Shown here in pieces: positions 10,438 through 21,093 of a stretch of DNA of 64,000 nt. A program made the translations under genes and the position numbers. The notes beneath the pieces were generated by a model, which saw only the letters and a program-made list of their open reading frames with translations, searched no databases and was not told the origin of the DNA. The stretch's first letter is position 1. Each line of letters begins with the position of its first letter. The stretch comes from Candidatus Spongiihabitans sp. (lineage in GTDB: Bacteria > Pseudomonadota > Gammaproteobacteria > Arenicellales > Poriferihabitantaceae). The stretch lies in NCBI GenBank assembly GCA_965261425.1, contig OZ253452.1:481160-545159 (forward strand). Direction: 5' to 3'.

Positions 10438-11046
10438 TTAGGCATGACCCACCTGATGAGAAAATCTGTTAATATCAATGCCGAGTAATTTTGCGGATTG
10501 ATGCCATTTGTTATCCATTTTTGTGGCGAATAAAATGTCATGGTCGGCAGGGGTCGTGAACCAAGCGTTTGCTTGAATTTCGTTTTCCAGCTGACCGGGT
10601 GCCCAGCCCGCATAACCCAGACTCATCAATACTTTTTCGGGTCCGTTGCCCTGTGCCATGTCGGACAAAATATCTTTTGAGCTGGTTAATCGCAAATCCT
10701 GACCGATATGGATGCTTGATTCCCAAGAGTCAGCCTGAGATTCAGATTGAAATACAATGTTGTTATGCACCACCAGTCCAAGTTCAGGATAAATCGGACC
10801 GCCATCGACAACCGGTTTGTTTGCGTAATGACCGCTTGAAACATCAATATCCAGTTGCTCAAAAATATCACCAATCAGGTGTTCGGTTAGCCGATTGATG
10901 ACGATACCAACCGCACCGTGAGCGTCATGTTTGCATATCAAAATAACCGTTTGTTTGAAAGGTGGGTCATTGAGTTGTGGCATGGAAACCAGAAACTGGT
11001 TTTCCAGCGAATCGACAGTGTTGATTACGGATGCCATTGAGTTCAT
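10438..11046 (-). CDS. yqgE: YqgE/AlgH family protein (UPF0301)
   Basis: Shows FLVSMPQLNDPPFKQTVILICKHDAHGAVGIVINR and GYAGWAPGQLENE blocks. The track ORF starts at a TTG (11058), and the ATG at 11046 is equally plausible. Confidence 0.85.
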   Translation of the reverse strand: MNSMASVINTVDSLENQFLVSMPQLNDPPFKQTVILICKHDAHGAVGIVINRLTEHLIGDIFEQLDIDVSSGHYANKPVVDGGPIYPELGLVVHNNIVFQSESQADSWESSIHIGQDLRLTSSKDILSDMAQGNGPEKVLMSLGYAGWAPGQLENEIQANAWFTTPADHDILFATKMDNKWHQSAKLLGIDINRFSHQVGHA

Positions 11047-11211
11047 TCCAGAGTGCAACTTAGGTAATTCAATTTTGATACAATAGGGTTCAATGTATTA
11101 TAACGCATATCGGCATGAGTAGCAGAGCAAGAATGAGCATCAAAGAAAACCGTATTGAATATGATGCGGGCGGACCGACCGGGCATCACAGATAACGATA
11201 ACGGATAAATA

Positions 11212-12279
11212 ATGAATAATAAGACGACAGAAAACCTGTTTCAGTCGGCTCCACTATACGGCAATAAAAATTTCGAAGGGGAAAATGCCGATGTGGAACT
11301 GGTTGAATTGCAGGTGGAGAATACATTTGGAGCGGTTACTGAAAAGGAGAAGTGCGACATCGGGGTCAATGGCTGGGCGATGGTTTGGCTATCCGTGTTC
11401 ATTGTCTCTGTCGGCGGGCTGATCTATCGTGTTAGAGACGCTGTTTTAGTACAGGACTTGATTAACAAGGTGGTCGCAGGGAGCGAATCCGCGATTCGGT
11501 TTGGCAAGAATACATCTGTCAGTTTGATGGGTGGTGAGTTGCCAACAGTGCCAACCGTGTCGATGATGGAACAGATTTCGTTCATCATGAGCGGAGTGGT
11601 TTTATTGTCATTACTGGGTTTATTGTGGTCGATTCTTGCTCGTTCCGGCAAGTATAAAAACAAATATCGTGAAATGCGGGGTTTGCAAAAAGGGGAGGAC
11701 AGGCTACGCGCTGAACTGCTGATCTTGGTTGACAAAATGCACTCTGTAACAGTCGCATTGGAGCAGACGACCGATGGAACGGCAAGCCTTTTCGCTGAAC
11801 TGTTGGCAGGTCAGTCTAAGCAGTCTCGGGAAGCAGCACGACAATTGCAGCGTTTAGGGGAAAACGCACAACAAATTGACACGTTTGTGCATACCATGCA
11901 AGATGTTGCCGAACAAACCAATATTGCGGTATTGAATGCTTCGATTCAGACCGCAACAGGAGAAGCCGGTCACAGGTTTGCGAGCATTACCGAGGAAATG
12001 AAACGTTTGACTACGCTGTCAGGTAGCGTTGCATATGAAATAAACGTGCGGATTAAAAGCCGGCAACAAGAGGTCGCCAGTGTCATTGCTTTTATCGAAT
12101 CGACTGCGGAGGCGGATGCTGCTAATCAAGTTGACGGCGAGAGCGAGGAGGCACAACCCAGCAATGAGCAAACGAACTCTCAACCATCAACATCATGGGA
12201 TTTGAAAATGTCCGAGGTTAGGCTGGCTTTGGAGCAGATGAAGTCAGTCACACAAAAGCTGAAGCAGCGTATTGCGTAA
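11212..12279 (+). CDS. Short membrane protein with divergent methyl-accepting chemotaxis (MCP) signalling-tip domain
   Basis: Two TM helices (WAMVWLSVFIVSVGGLIY, ISFIMSGVVLLSLLGLLWSIL) followed by coiled coil. It contains AEQTNIAVLNASIQTATGEAGHRFASITEEMKRL, which matches the MCP hairpin-tip consensus [32 protein letters not shown] at most anchor positions. Confidence 0.65.
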   Translation: MNNKTTENLFQSAPLYGNKNFEGENADVELVELQVENTFGAVTEKEKCDIGVNGWAMVWLSVFIVSVGGLIYRVRDAVLVQDLINKVVAGSESAIRFGKNTSVSLMGGELPTVPTVSMMEQISFIMSGVVLLSLLGLLWSILARSGKYKNKYREMRGLQKGEDRLRAELLILVDKMHSVTVALEQTTDGTASLFAELLAGQSKQSREAARQLQRLGENAQQIDTFVHTMQDVAEQTNIAVLNASIQTATGEAGHRFASITEEMKRLTTLSGSVAYEINVRIKSRQQEVASVIAFIESTAEADAANQVDGESEEAQPSNEQTNSQPSTSWDLKMSEVRLALEQMKSVTQKLKQRIA

Positions 12280-12302
12280 TTGAGGATGAAAAAGTCTTTA
12301 AT

Positions 12303-13547
12303 ATGACAAAAAAACAGGACAAAATGAATATCGCGCCGGAATTCGATTCGTTGCAGTTTGAATTTATAAAAGACACGATTCCGTTTGTCGCGGACGATAT
12401 TGCTGAAGCTGAAGACCATGCCGATTTCGAGATTGATTTTTCTATTGTGGATATTGATGCCTATGCCGAGAGCAAGACCGAGAGTGAGACCGAATCGGTT
12501 GCACAAAACTTCCTCGACCAGAGTGAGACTCGATTAAGCAACATCAATCGCCACTTGAAGGCATGGCGCGCAAATGGGGTGGCTGAATACATCCTCACTG
12601 GCATATGCAGTGAATTCCAGAGTTTAGAATCCAGTGCTGCCAGTGCCGAGTTTGAGGATGTTTCACGATTAAGCCAAGCGGTCATCAGTTTATTGGGGCA
12701 AGGTGAATCCATATCAGACGATAGTAGTTTGCTCAATCTTTTGGAAGAAATGCACGATGGGCTGGTAGCAGAATTGGGTTTTAGTGGCAAGGCAAGTGAA
12801 AACCATTTGCGCTCACTGATTAGCATGGTTCAACTGTTGATTGCCGATAAGTTTACGAGCGCAAGCGCGGCAACATCCGATGCGTCAGATGAGCAATATA
12901 TTGATGTGCCTATCGAACATCCGCAGATGACCGAGTATCAACAGGATGCGGGAGCGGGTGAATTAGTCGAGCAAGTTCCAGCCCCTGTGCCCGCACTATT
13001 GGTTACAGCAGGAAGATACCGAGTTGCGTTGTTAATACACACCATCGAGCGGGTTATGCGTGTACATGAAAATGAAAATGAAAATGAAAATGAAAATGAA
13101 ATACAATTGCCTGCTGGGCAACCTCTTGATGGACAGCCTTGTGTTGTGTTGGCTGAAAAACCGATTCCGATTATCAATTTGTCAACCTGCTTGGGTGAAG
13201 CCCATATCCGTGGTGAGGATTCGGCTAGATTTTTGGTTATTATTCGCCCGCAGGATCGTCTTGCCGCAGATGACATTGTAGCAAACAAAATGCTTGCGAT
13301 TGAAGTAGATCGGTTTCAGGAAGTGGCAGACATTGTCGTCCAGCCCGCCGACAGCCCACTCCCAGCCAACACCGGAGTTGTCGGTGTTGCCATGCTAACA
13401 GATGCCAGTTTGGTCTTGGTGCTTGATGTTGAACAATTTATTGCACAGGAAGGCTTTCAAGTTTGGCGGCAGTTTTACGACCATGAACGTCAGTCCGCAG
13501 ACAGTAATGTTGAAACGAATAAATCTGTTGAATCGTATCGAGATTGA
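12303..13547 (+). CDS. FimL/ChpA-like scaffold: Hpt-like domain lacking the phospho-His plus C-terminal CheW-like domain
   Basis: Acidic N-terminus. The Hpt-like helix pair reads EFQSLESSAASAEFEDVSRLSQAV, with Q where HxLKGS has His. The C-terminal CheW-like fold includes RYRVALLIHTIERV, PIPIINLSTCLG, LAIEVDRFQEV and GVAMLTDASLVLVLDVEQF. No kinase (HATPase) domain is present. It contains an in-frame (GAAAAT)5 tract. Confidence 0.6.
   Translation: MTKKQDKMNIAPEFDSLQFEFIKDTIPFVADDIAEAEDHADFEIDFSIVDIDAYAESKTESETESVAQNFLDQSETRLSNINRHLKAWRANGVAEYILTGICSEFQSLESSAASAEFEDVSRLSQAVISLLGQGESISDDSSLLNLLEEMHDGLVAELGFSGKASENHLRSLISMVQLLIADKFTSASAATSDASDEQYIDVPIEHPQMTEYQQDAGAGELVEQVPAPVPALLVTAGRYRVALLIHTIERVMRVHENENENENENEIQLPAGQPLDGQPCVVLAEKPIPIINLSTCLGEAHIRGEDSARFLVIIRPQDRLAADDIVANKMLAIEVDRFQEVADIVVQPADSPLPANTGVVGVAMLTDASLVLVLDVEQFIAQEGFQVWRQFYDHERQSADSNVETNKSVESYRD
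13066..13098 (+). repeat. In-frame hexanucleotide microsatellite (GAAAAT)5 encoding (EN)5
   Basis: catGAAAATGAAAATGAAAATGAAAATGAAAATGAAata, read directly. It translates HENENENENENEI inside the CheW-like domain. Confidence 0.9.
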
Positions 13548-13621
13548 TTTAACTTGAATAAAATTCAGGTATCATTGACGACTTATAGCGATGCCGAATA
13601 TATTTTTCAACAAATTGTTCA

Positions 13622-14479
13622 ATGACCACAACCAGCAACAGCATATTACACAAGAGCGCGTCAAACATGCCAGATCGGTCGACGGTTATTGATATTGTCA
13701 AAGATGCGGCAACCATCATGCTGGCATCGCGAAAAAACGGTTTTGCGCTGGAGGTTAAACAGGACGGCAGTCTAGTCACGGAAGTTGACCAAGAAATTCA
13801 GCGTCAGTTAAAGCGTATTCTGACGAGCAAATGGCCTGAATATGGATTTATCGGCGAAGAAATGCCGCATGGCGAGCAGGTCAAAATTTGCCAACAAAGC
13901 GAGCATGGATATTGGGTGTTGGATCCGTTAGATGGCACGACAAACTTCACCACAGGATTCTTGTTTTTTGGGGTTTCGCTGGCATTGATTATTGATGGCT
14001 TGCCGGTGCTTGCGGTTATTTATGATCCGGTGCGAGATGAATGTTTCTCGGCACAACAGGGCAGGGGGGCGTTCTTAAATAACAAACCCATCACCTGCCC
14101 GAACACGAAAAATATGAGCGATTGTGTAGCGAATATAGACTACAAACGTCTGGTCATTGATCTGGCGACACAACTGGTGCGTTGCCCACCCTATCGGTCG
14201 CAAAGAAATTTGGGTTCCTCTGTGCTGGAATGGTGCTGGCTGGCAGCCGGACGGATTCAATTATATTTACATGGTGGTCAGAAACTATGGGACTTTTCTG
14301 CCGGCTATCTGATTCTTCAGGAAGCAGGCGGCGCGGCAACCTCATTGTCTGGACTGCCACTGGATTGCGGTAATCTGCGTAAACGCTCGGTAGTGGCTGC
14401 GGTTAATCAGGATTTGCTCACCCAATGGGTCGAATGGATTGATGACAACAGTTCCATCTTGCGCTCGGCACGGTTTTGA
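13622..14479 (+). CDS. Inositol monophosphatase family protein (SuhB/CysQ-like)
   Basis: 285-aa ORF with the IMPase motifs GEE (FIGEEMP) and [12 protein letters not shown]. Confidence 0.85.
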   Translation: MTTTSNSILHKSASNMPDRSTVIDIVKDAATIMLASRKNGFALEVKQDGSLVTEVDQEIQRQLKRILTSKWPEYGFIGEEMPHGEQVKICQQSEHGYWVLDPLDGTTNFTTGFLFFGVSLALIIDGLPVLAVIYDPVRDECFSAQQGRGAFLNNKPITCPNTKNMSDCVANIDYKRLVIDLATQLVRCPPYRSQRNLGSSVLEWCWLAAGRIQLYLHGGQKLWDFSAGYLILQEAGGAATSLSGLPLDCGNLRKRSVVAAVNQDLLTQWVEWIDDNSSILRSARF

Positions 14480-14513
14480 ATATTTATTAGTTATCAGTTT
14501 TCAATTTCCCACT

Positions 14514-16544
14514 ATGAATCAACAGAGCGAGCCAATGCCTTTGACTAGCCGCCGAGAAAGAGCCAATGCCATTCGCGTATTGAGCATGGACGCGGTGCAA
14601 AAAGCCAATTCAGGTCATCCCGGTGCGCCGATGGGTATGGCGGATATTGCCGAGGTGCTGTGGTGCGATTTTCTGAACCACAATCCGGCGAATCCAAAAT
14701 GGCACAATCGTGACCGGTTTGTGCTGTCCAATGGCCATGCTTCGATGTTGATTTATTCGTTGCTACATCTTTCAGGCTACGAACTGGATATTGATGAAAT
14801 TAAACAATTCAGGCAGCTACATTCAAAAACCCCCGGACACCCTGAATATGGCTATACCCCCGGGGTAGAAACCACCACCGGTCCATTGGGGCAGGGGCTT
14901 TGCAATGCAATCGGCATGGCTATCGCAGAAAAAACATTGGCAGCGCAATTTAATCGGGACGATCATGCTATTGTCAATCACTTTACCTATGTGTTCATGG
15001 GGGATGGATGCTTGATGGAGGGTATTTCCCATGAAGGTTGTTCTCTGGCAGGGACGCTTAAACTGGGCAAGTTAATTGGGTTTTACGATGACAATGGCAT
15101 TTCTATTGACGGACCGGTGTCGGGTTGGTTTACCGACAATACGCCGTTGCGATTTGAGAGTTATGGTTGGCAGGTGATTGCCGATGTGGACGGACACGAT
15201 AGTGATGCTGTGGCAGCGGCTATCGAACAAGCACGAGCTGAAAGCGGACGTCCTAGCCTCATTTGCTGTAAAACAACGATTGGTTTTGGCTCGCCCAACA
15301 AGGCGGGAAAGGAATCTTGTCATGGCGCGGCACTAGGCGAAGCGGAAGTCGGCTTGGCGCGTAAGCAACTGGGCTGGTCTTATCCGCCGTTTGAAATCCC
15401 GCAATCAATCTATGATTCATGGAATGCCCGACAGCGCGGACAGGCGACCGAATCGGCGTGGAACGATGCCTTTGCGCGTTATCAAAATGACCACCCACAA
15501 CTGGCAGCCGAGTTTAAGCGGCGAATACAGAATCAACTTCCACAAGATTTTGCCTCGCAAACGGCAGCACTGATTGCTTCGGTCAATGAAAAGCAGGAAT
15601 GTATCGCTTCACGAAAGGCATCACTAAACACGCTCGAAGGGTTGGGAGCGTTATTGCCTGAATTGATTGGCGGATCGGCGGATTTGGCTGGCTCTAATCT
15701 GACAATCTGGTCTGGCTCGCGTAGCATTGCAGAACACGCCGAGGGCAATTATATCTATTTTGGGGTGCGCGAATTTGCTATGGCAGCGATGCTCAATGGG
15801 CTTGCCCTGCATGGCGGATTCAAGCCCTATGCGGCGACATTTCTAATGTTTTCGGAATACGCCAGAAATGCCCTACGCATGGCAGCGTTGATGAAAATAC
15901 CGAGTCTTTTTATCTTTACCCATGACTCTGTCGGGTTGGGTGAAGATGGTCCGACCCATCAGGCGGTCGAGCAACTGGCGACCTTGCGGCTGATTCCGCG
16001 CATGGCAGTGTGGCGACCTTGCGATGCGGTGGAATCCGCTGTCGCTTGGCAACAAGCCTGTGAGTCCGTTGAGCAACCATTTACGTTAATTTTCTCCCGT
16101 CAGAATTTGGCGCATCAAACGCGCAATGCCGCGCAAATAGAAAACATCAAGCACGGCGGCTACATACTCAAAGAATGCGATGGTGCGACTGGAGAGATTC
16201 CCGAGGCGATTATCATTGCCACCGGTTCTGAGGTTGAGCTGGCAATGGCGGCGGCACGACAATTAGTCGGTCGCCGGATTCGAGTTGTTTCGATGCCGTC
16301 CACCGACCGATTTGCGAAGCAGGATCGGGCTTATCAGGACGCGGTGTTGCCGCCAGTGGTGACGAGACGGGTCGCGGTCGAGGCGGGGGTGGGTGATGGT
16401 TGGGTCAAATATACCGGTTCGAGTGATGCGATTGTAAGCATCGACACGTTTGGCGAATCCGCGCCTGCCGAAGATGTATTTAAGTATCTAGGCATGACGC
16501 TTGAGCGGGTTGTGGAAACCACTGAAAAAGTTTTAGCGAGATAG
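14514..16544 (+). CDS. tkt: Transketolase
   Basis: Shows [38 protein letters not shown] and GEDGPTHQ motifs. I place the start at the ATG at 14514 (MNQQSEP), which removes the overlap with the upstream gene. Confidence 0.95.
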   Translation: MNQQSEPMPLTSRRERANAIRVLSMDAVQKANSGHPGAPMGMADIAEVLWCDFLNHNPANPKWHNRDRFVLSNGHASMLIYSLLHLSGYELDIDEIKQFRQLHSKTPGHPEYGYTPGVETTTGPLGQGLCNAIGMAIAEKTLAAQFNRDDHAIVNHFTYVFMGDGCLMEGISHEGCSLAGTLKLGKLIGFYDDNGISIDGPVSGWFTDNTPLRFESYGWQVIADVDGHDSDAVAAAIEQARAESGRPSLICCKTTIGFGSPNKAGKESCHGAALGEAEVGLARKQLGWSYPPFEIPQSIYDSWNARQRGQATESAWNDAFARYQNDHPQLAAEFKRRIQNQLPQDFASQTAALIASVNEKQECIASRKASLNTLEGLGALLPELIGGSADLAGSNLTIWSGSRSIAEHAEGNYIYFGVREFAMAAMLNGLALHGGFKPYAATFLMFSEYARNALRMAALMKIPSLFIFTHDSVGLGEDGPTHQAVEQLATLRLIPRMAVWRPCDAVESAVAWQQACESVEQPFTLIFSRQNLAHQTRNAAQIENIKHGGYILKECDGATGEIPEAIIIATGSEVELAMAAARQLVGRRIRVVSMPSTDRFAKQDRAYQDAVLPPVVTRRVAVEAGVGDGWVKYTGSSDAIVSIDTFGESAPAEDVFKYLGMTLERVVETTEKVLAR

Positions 16545-16589
16545 CGTTCGGCAAGCCGGACAAAATTATATTCAATCGGAGTTAGTATT

Positions 16590-17591
16590 ATGTCAATTAA
16601 AGTTGCAATTAACGGTTATGGACGCATTGGTCGGAATATCATGCGCGCCAAATACGAGTCGGGAAATAATGAAATTGAAATCGTTGCGATTAACGATTTA
16701 GGCGATGCCAAAACCAACGCGCATCTCACCCAGTACGATACCGCACACGGCAGATTCCCCGGCACGGTGGAGGCGGCTGGCGGTCATATTCTGATTAACG
16801 GCGATAAAATTGCGGTGTATGCCGAGCGTGATCCGGCAAAATTACCTTGGGCTAAACTGGGCATCGATGTGGTGCATGAAAGCACCGGTTTTTTTGCCAG
16901 CAAAGAAAAAGCCAGCGCGCATTTAGCCGCGGGTGCGAAGAAAGTGATTATTTCCGCTCCGGGCGGCAACGATGTGGATGCCACAGTGGTTTATGGGGTC
17001 AATCACGATATATTAAAAGCCAGTGATACGGTGATTTCCAACGCTTCGTGTACTACGAATTGCCTTGCGCCGATGGTGAAAGTACTAAACGATTCTGTCG
17101 GCGTAGTGCATGGCATCATGAATACCATCCATTCCTATACCAATGATCAGGTCTTGACCGATGTCTATCACAGTGATTTAAGACGTGCGCGTTCGGCAAC
17201 CAGCTCGATGATTCCCACTAAAACCGGCGCGGCAGCGGCAGTCGGATTGGTGTTGCCGGAACTCGATGGCAAACTAGATGGTTTTTCGATCCGTGTTCCG
17301 ACCATCAACGTGTCCATTGTGGATTTAACTTTTGTGGCAGCACGCGCCACTTCGGTGGATGAAGTTAACCAGCTAGTGAAAGACGCTGCCGATGGCAAAA
17401 TACTGAGCTACTGTGATGAACCCTTGGTATCATCAGATTTCAATCACAGCCCGATTTCCTCGACTGTGGATGCCGGAATGACACGGGTTACCGGCACAAC
17501 CTTGGTCAAGGTCTGTGCGTGGTATGACAACGAATGGGGTTTTTCAAACAGAATGTTGGATACGACTATTGCGTTAATGAATGCTAAATAA
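16590..17591 (+). CDS. gap: Glyceraldehyde-3-phosphate dehydrogenase (type I)
   Basis: Shows [13 protein letters not shown] (Rossmann) and the [12 protein letters not shown] active site. Confidence 0.95.
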   Translation: MSIKVAINGYGRIGRNIMRAKYESGNNEIEIVAINDLGDAKTNAHLTQYDTAHGRFPGTVEAAGGHILINGDKIAVYAERDPAKLPWAKLGIDVVHESTGFFASKEKASAHLAAGAKKVIISAPGGNDVDATVVYGVNHDILKASDTVISNASCTTNCLAPMVKVLNDSVGVVHGIMNTIHSYTNDQVLTDVYHSDLRRARSATSSMIPTKTGAAAAVGLVLPELDGKLDGFSIRVPTINVSIVDLTFVAARATSVDEVNQLVKDAADGKILSYCDEPLVSSDFNHSPISSTVDAGMTRVTGTTLVKVCAWYDNEWGFSNRMLDTTIALMNAK

Positions 17592-17678
17592 TTGAAAATT
17601 GAAAATGTTTGATTTTTATATTGCTCCTGCTGTTGAAACCGACTGGTTAAATATCGGGCATCGCATTCTTGGCTTGTT

Positions 17679-18917
17679 ATGGCTATGACAACGGCAGTCA
17701 AGCAACTCAGCGACTTGAATATCGCTGGCAAACGGGTTCTGATTCGACAAGATCTTAACGTGCCCCTGAGTGATGGCGATAGTGATGGCGACTCGGCTAC
17801 CAGCGGCAAAACAATCACCTCCAGCAAACGTATCGAAGCCTCGTTGCCGACCATCGAGCATGCGCGTGACGCGGGGGCGAAAGTATTGCTCATGTCTCAT
17901 CTCGGCAGACCGTTGGAAGGGCAAGCACAAGCGGATTTCTCCCTGCAACCAGTCGCACAATATCTGTCATCCCGACTCGGTCAGCGGGTCGCGTTGAATC
18001 GCGATTATTTGACTGCCCAACCGGTATTGGAAAACGGTCAGATTGTGTTGCTGGAAAATGTCCGCTTTAACCGCGGTGAGCGTGCTAACGACCGCTCGCT
18101 TGGTAAGCAATACGCCGAATTATGCGACATCTTCGTCATGGACGCTTTCGGTGCCGTCCACCGTACCGAAGCCTCAACGCATGGTGTCGGTATGGCTGCC
18201 AAAACAGCCTGTGCCGGACCTCTGTTATGTGCAGAATTGAATGCGCTTGAGCAAGCCTTCACCCAGCCGGCACATCCGCTTGTCTCCATCGTAGGCGGTG
18301 CTAAAGTTTCAACCAAGCTCACAGTGCTGGAATCACTTTTAGAGAAGGTTGACCAATTGGTGCCGGGCGGTGGAATCGCCAACACGTTTATTGCCGCTGC
18401 CGGTTATGGTGTCGGCAAATCCTTGTTTGAAGCCGACTTAGTCGAGCAGGCTAAGACGATAATGGCGCGTGCAAAGCAACGTGGCGCAGAGATTCCGCTA
18501 CCAGTGGATGTGGTTGTCGGGCAACAATTTTCAGCCGATGCCGAGCCACAAGTCAAAGCGGTTGACGATGTTGCCGAGCAGGATCTGATTCTGGATATTG
18601 GTCCACAAACTGCTCAACAATATGCAGAAATAATGAAAACGGCAGGTACTATTATATGGAATGGACCGGTCGGGGTGTTTGAGTTCGAGCAATTTTCACA
18701 GGGTAGTCGGCGATTGGGCAAGGCGATTGCCGAATCCACTGCCTTTTCAATCGCTGGTGGCGGTGATACGCTGGCAGCAATCGAAAAATTTAATCTGACC
18801 GAGCAAATATCCTATATCTCAACCGGCGGTGGCGCGTTTTTAGAATTTATCGGAGGCAAAACCTTGCCAGTAGTTGCCATGCTACAGTCCAGAGCCTATC
18901 CCGAACTCCCTAATTAG
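17679..18917 (+). CDS. pgk: Phosphoglycerate kinase
   Basis: Shows [14 protein letters not shown] and GGGDT motifs. It carries an insertion ([13 protein letters not shown]) containing a 12-bp tandem duplication at 17769-17792. Confidence 0.95.
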   Translation: MAMTTAVKQLSDLNIAGKRVLIRQDLNVPLSDGDSDGDSATSGKTITSSKRIEASLPTIEHARDAGAKVLLMSHLGRPLEGQAQADFSLQPVAQYLSSRLGQRVALNRDYLTAQPVLENGQIVLLENVRFNRGERANDRSLGKQYAELCDIFVMDAFGAVHRTEASTHGVGMAAKTACAGPLLCAELNALEQAFTQPAHPLVSIVGGAKVSTKLTVLESLLEKVDQLVPGGGIANTFIAAAGYGVGKSLFEADLVEQAKTIMARAKQRGAEIPLPVDVVVGQQFSADAEPQVKAVDDVAEQDLILDIGPQTAQQYAEIMKTAGTIIWNGPVGVFEFEQFSQGSRRLGKAIAESTAFSIAGGGDTLAAIEKFNLTEQISYISTGGGAFLEFIGGKTLPVVAMLQSRAYPELPN

Positions 18918-18956
18918 GAGTCAAAATCTTTTCGTCAGCGGTAACGATTTAGCCGA

Positions 18957-19544
18957 TTAAAACGGGTATCCGTCAATAATCATGTCTATGCCCACATACA
19001 GGATGACTGCCAGACCGACAAATCCAATCCAGCGATGCTTTTGTAATGTTTCGGCGATAAGGGAGGCGGCGATGGTCATAAATACGACCGACAACGCCAG
19101 CCCTATAATCAGAATACCGCTATGACCGTCAGCAATTCCGGCGACTGCCAGCACATTGTCCAGCGACATCGTAACGTCAGCCATAACAATCTGGAAAATT
19201 GCCGATAACAACGGCGGGTTTTGTGGCAACGTGTTGTCAGAAAGCGTTGCATTTTCTGATGTATGCGGATGGCGTAAGTCCTGCCACAATTTCCAGCAAA
19301 TCCATAGCAACAGCAAGCCGCCGACGAATTGCAACCCCTTTATGGAAAGCAGTTGCACCGTGATTAAGGCAAATAGTATCCGCAAGATGACGGCGACCCC
19401 GACTCCATAGAGAATCACTTTTCGGCGATAGTCTTTATTGAATTTTGCCGCGACCAATCCAATGACGATGGCGTTATCACCGGCTAATACCAGATCAACA
19501 AATACGATTTGTATTAACTTGGCGAATTGATCTGTGAATTCCAT
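18957..19544 (-). CDS. TerC/YjbE family integral membrane protein
   Basis: 195-aa polytopic ORF with the duplicated signature DNAIVIG / DNVLAVAG. Confidence 0.8.
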   Translation of the reverse strand: MEFTDQFAKLIQIVFVDLVLAGDNAIVIGLVAAKFNKDYRRKVILYGVGVAVILRILFALITVQLLSIKGLQFVGGLLLLWICWKLWQDLRHPHTSENATLSDNTLPQNPPLLSAIFQIVMADVTMSLDNVLAVAGIADGHSGILIIGLALSVVFMTIAASLIAETLQKHRWIGFVGLAVILYVGIDMIIDGYPF

Positions 19545-19583
19545 GGGCGTTGTTAGTTGTTAATTGGAAATTGAAAATGAAAC

Positions 19584-19665
19584 CGGAAAACCCTTGCGTA
19601 TTCTACTGGATTCCCGCTTCTCGTCTGTGCGGGAACGACAAAATATTGGTTTTTACACAGCTCTG
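19584..19665 (+). repeat. Dispersed repeat family, variant module
   Basis: GGAAAACCCTTGCG...CTACTGGATTCCCGC-N-GCGGGAACGACAAAATATTGGTTTTTACACAG. The same variant arm occurs at 6865-6905 and 45490-45520. Confidence 0.8.
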
Positions 19666-19667
19666 GG

Positions 19668-19997
19668 TCAATTATTGTCACAATCTTTGCTGATTACAAC
19701 CAGTCTGGTCTGTGAAAAAATATCATGCCATGTGAGTTTATTCTGATGGAATAATGACCAGATAAACCCCATGCCGACCGCTACCCAAGACAGCATGGCA
19801 GCGATGAATCGTAGCCAGGCAATACGCCAAGTGATGGCATGAAAAGGGGTTTCGGACTGACTTGATGAGTTGGCGACCATGGCAATGCCGACATAACGCA
19901 CAATCTTTTGCTTGACCTTATCGCCGATGCGCACGGATTGCACAATCTGAACCGATTGTCTTGGGCTATTGGGTGTAGTTTTAACGCGAACAAACAT
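19668..19997 (-). pseudogene. Chimeric ORF: 5' end of an IS1634-type transposase fused to the 3' end of an RDD-family membrane protein gene
   Basis: The first ~40 aa (MFVRVKTTPNSPRQSVQIVQSVRIGDKVKQKIVRYVGIA) look like the N-terminus of IS1634/IS4-group transposases. The tail (LSWVAVGMGFIWSLFHQNKLTWHDIFSQTRLVV) matches the C-terminal signature of RDD domain proteins. Neither part is full length. Confidence 0.55.
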
Positions 19998-20094
19998 GGG
20001 ATGAGCTTACACCATGCTATCGCCAAAATCAACACAAATATTAAAATAGGCACTACAAACCAGTTTCTCTACCAGCCCCGCATGTTTATTGGGC

Positions 20095-20478
20095 TGTGGA
20101 CGATCTGCGCGGGGTGGACCGTCGAAGTCAGGAACTGCCTGTAAAACTTAAGGGATGGTCAAAGCCGAATACCGCTTTTATCGTTATGCATGATCAGGAT
20201 AGTGGGATTGCTTGGCAATCAAGCAAGACCTGGTGCAGAAATGTGTTGATGCAGGGAAACCTGATGTATTAGTAAGAATTGCTTGTCGTGAACTTGAATC
20301 TTGATATCTAGGTGACTTGCAAGCGGTTGAAAATGCAATTGGACCAAGCAATATTTCCAACAGACAGCAAAGATACAGAAGCCCAGACGACCTTTCTAAC
20401 CCATATCAAGCACTAAAAAAGTTCTCACCAAAATACCAAAAAATCAGTGGTTCTCGCGCCATTGGCGAGAAACTAAAT
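20095..20478 (+). pseudogene. DUF4276-type gene remnant, part 1 (5'-truncated, frameshifted, in-frame TGA, cut by IS)
   Basis: My translation gives KLKGWSKPNTAFIVMHDQDSG, a 1-nt frameshift at ~20205, then DCLAIKQDLVQKCVDAGKPDVLVRIACRELES-TGA(20301-20303)-YLGDLQAVENAIG...YQKISGSRAIGEKLN. By my recollection this matches the family pattern (RDQDSGDC...LVRIACRELESWYLGDL...YQKVSGSRAIG), with TGA at the Trp position. Confidence 0.6.
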
Positions 20479-21093
20479 AGAGTCTGCTCACAAAGTCGGT
20501 TTTGGATATTCAAATCTGTTCCAGCCAAGCAATTGGCATGATCCGTACCCGTCCAATCGTAATTGGTGTCGCCCAGTGTTCGTTATCGACCTTATCGACC
20601 CTATTAGTCGCCTTATTTTGGGCACAAAAAAGACCTTCAGCAGGATGAGCAGGTTCATGACTAGGAAAATGCTGTTGATCCATGCAACCGAAGTGTCTGC
20701 TCGTTTGGCACGGATGTAATTCAGTCGATAACCGTTCTTTGCCTGACCAAATTTGCCTTCTATTGGAATCCGTTGTAGGTAATCCGCCCGGCGTTGGGCT
20801 TTTAATTGCTTCAATAACTCTCGATTCGCTTCTGTTACCTGTTTGGGTCTGCCTAATGGCTTGCCCGAAAAACGGATGCCCAATCCTTTCAAGTAATGCC
20901 GGTTCTCTCGACTACCATATATCGGATCACCGATAACGCTTTCGGGATAGCAACTATAACGTTCATGGTAACGCTCAACCTGACCCTGCAAATCATGCCC
21001 CTCATGAAACGCACCCCAACTTAAATGATCAACTCGGGATAACCCGTGTGTCGTTAAACTCACGCTCAACTTCGAACCAAACTCAACCGACTA

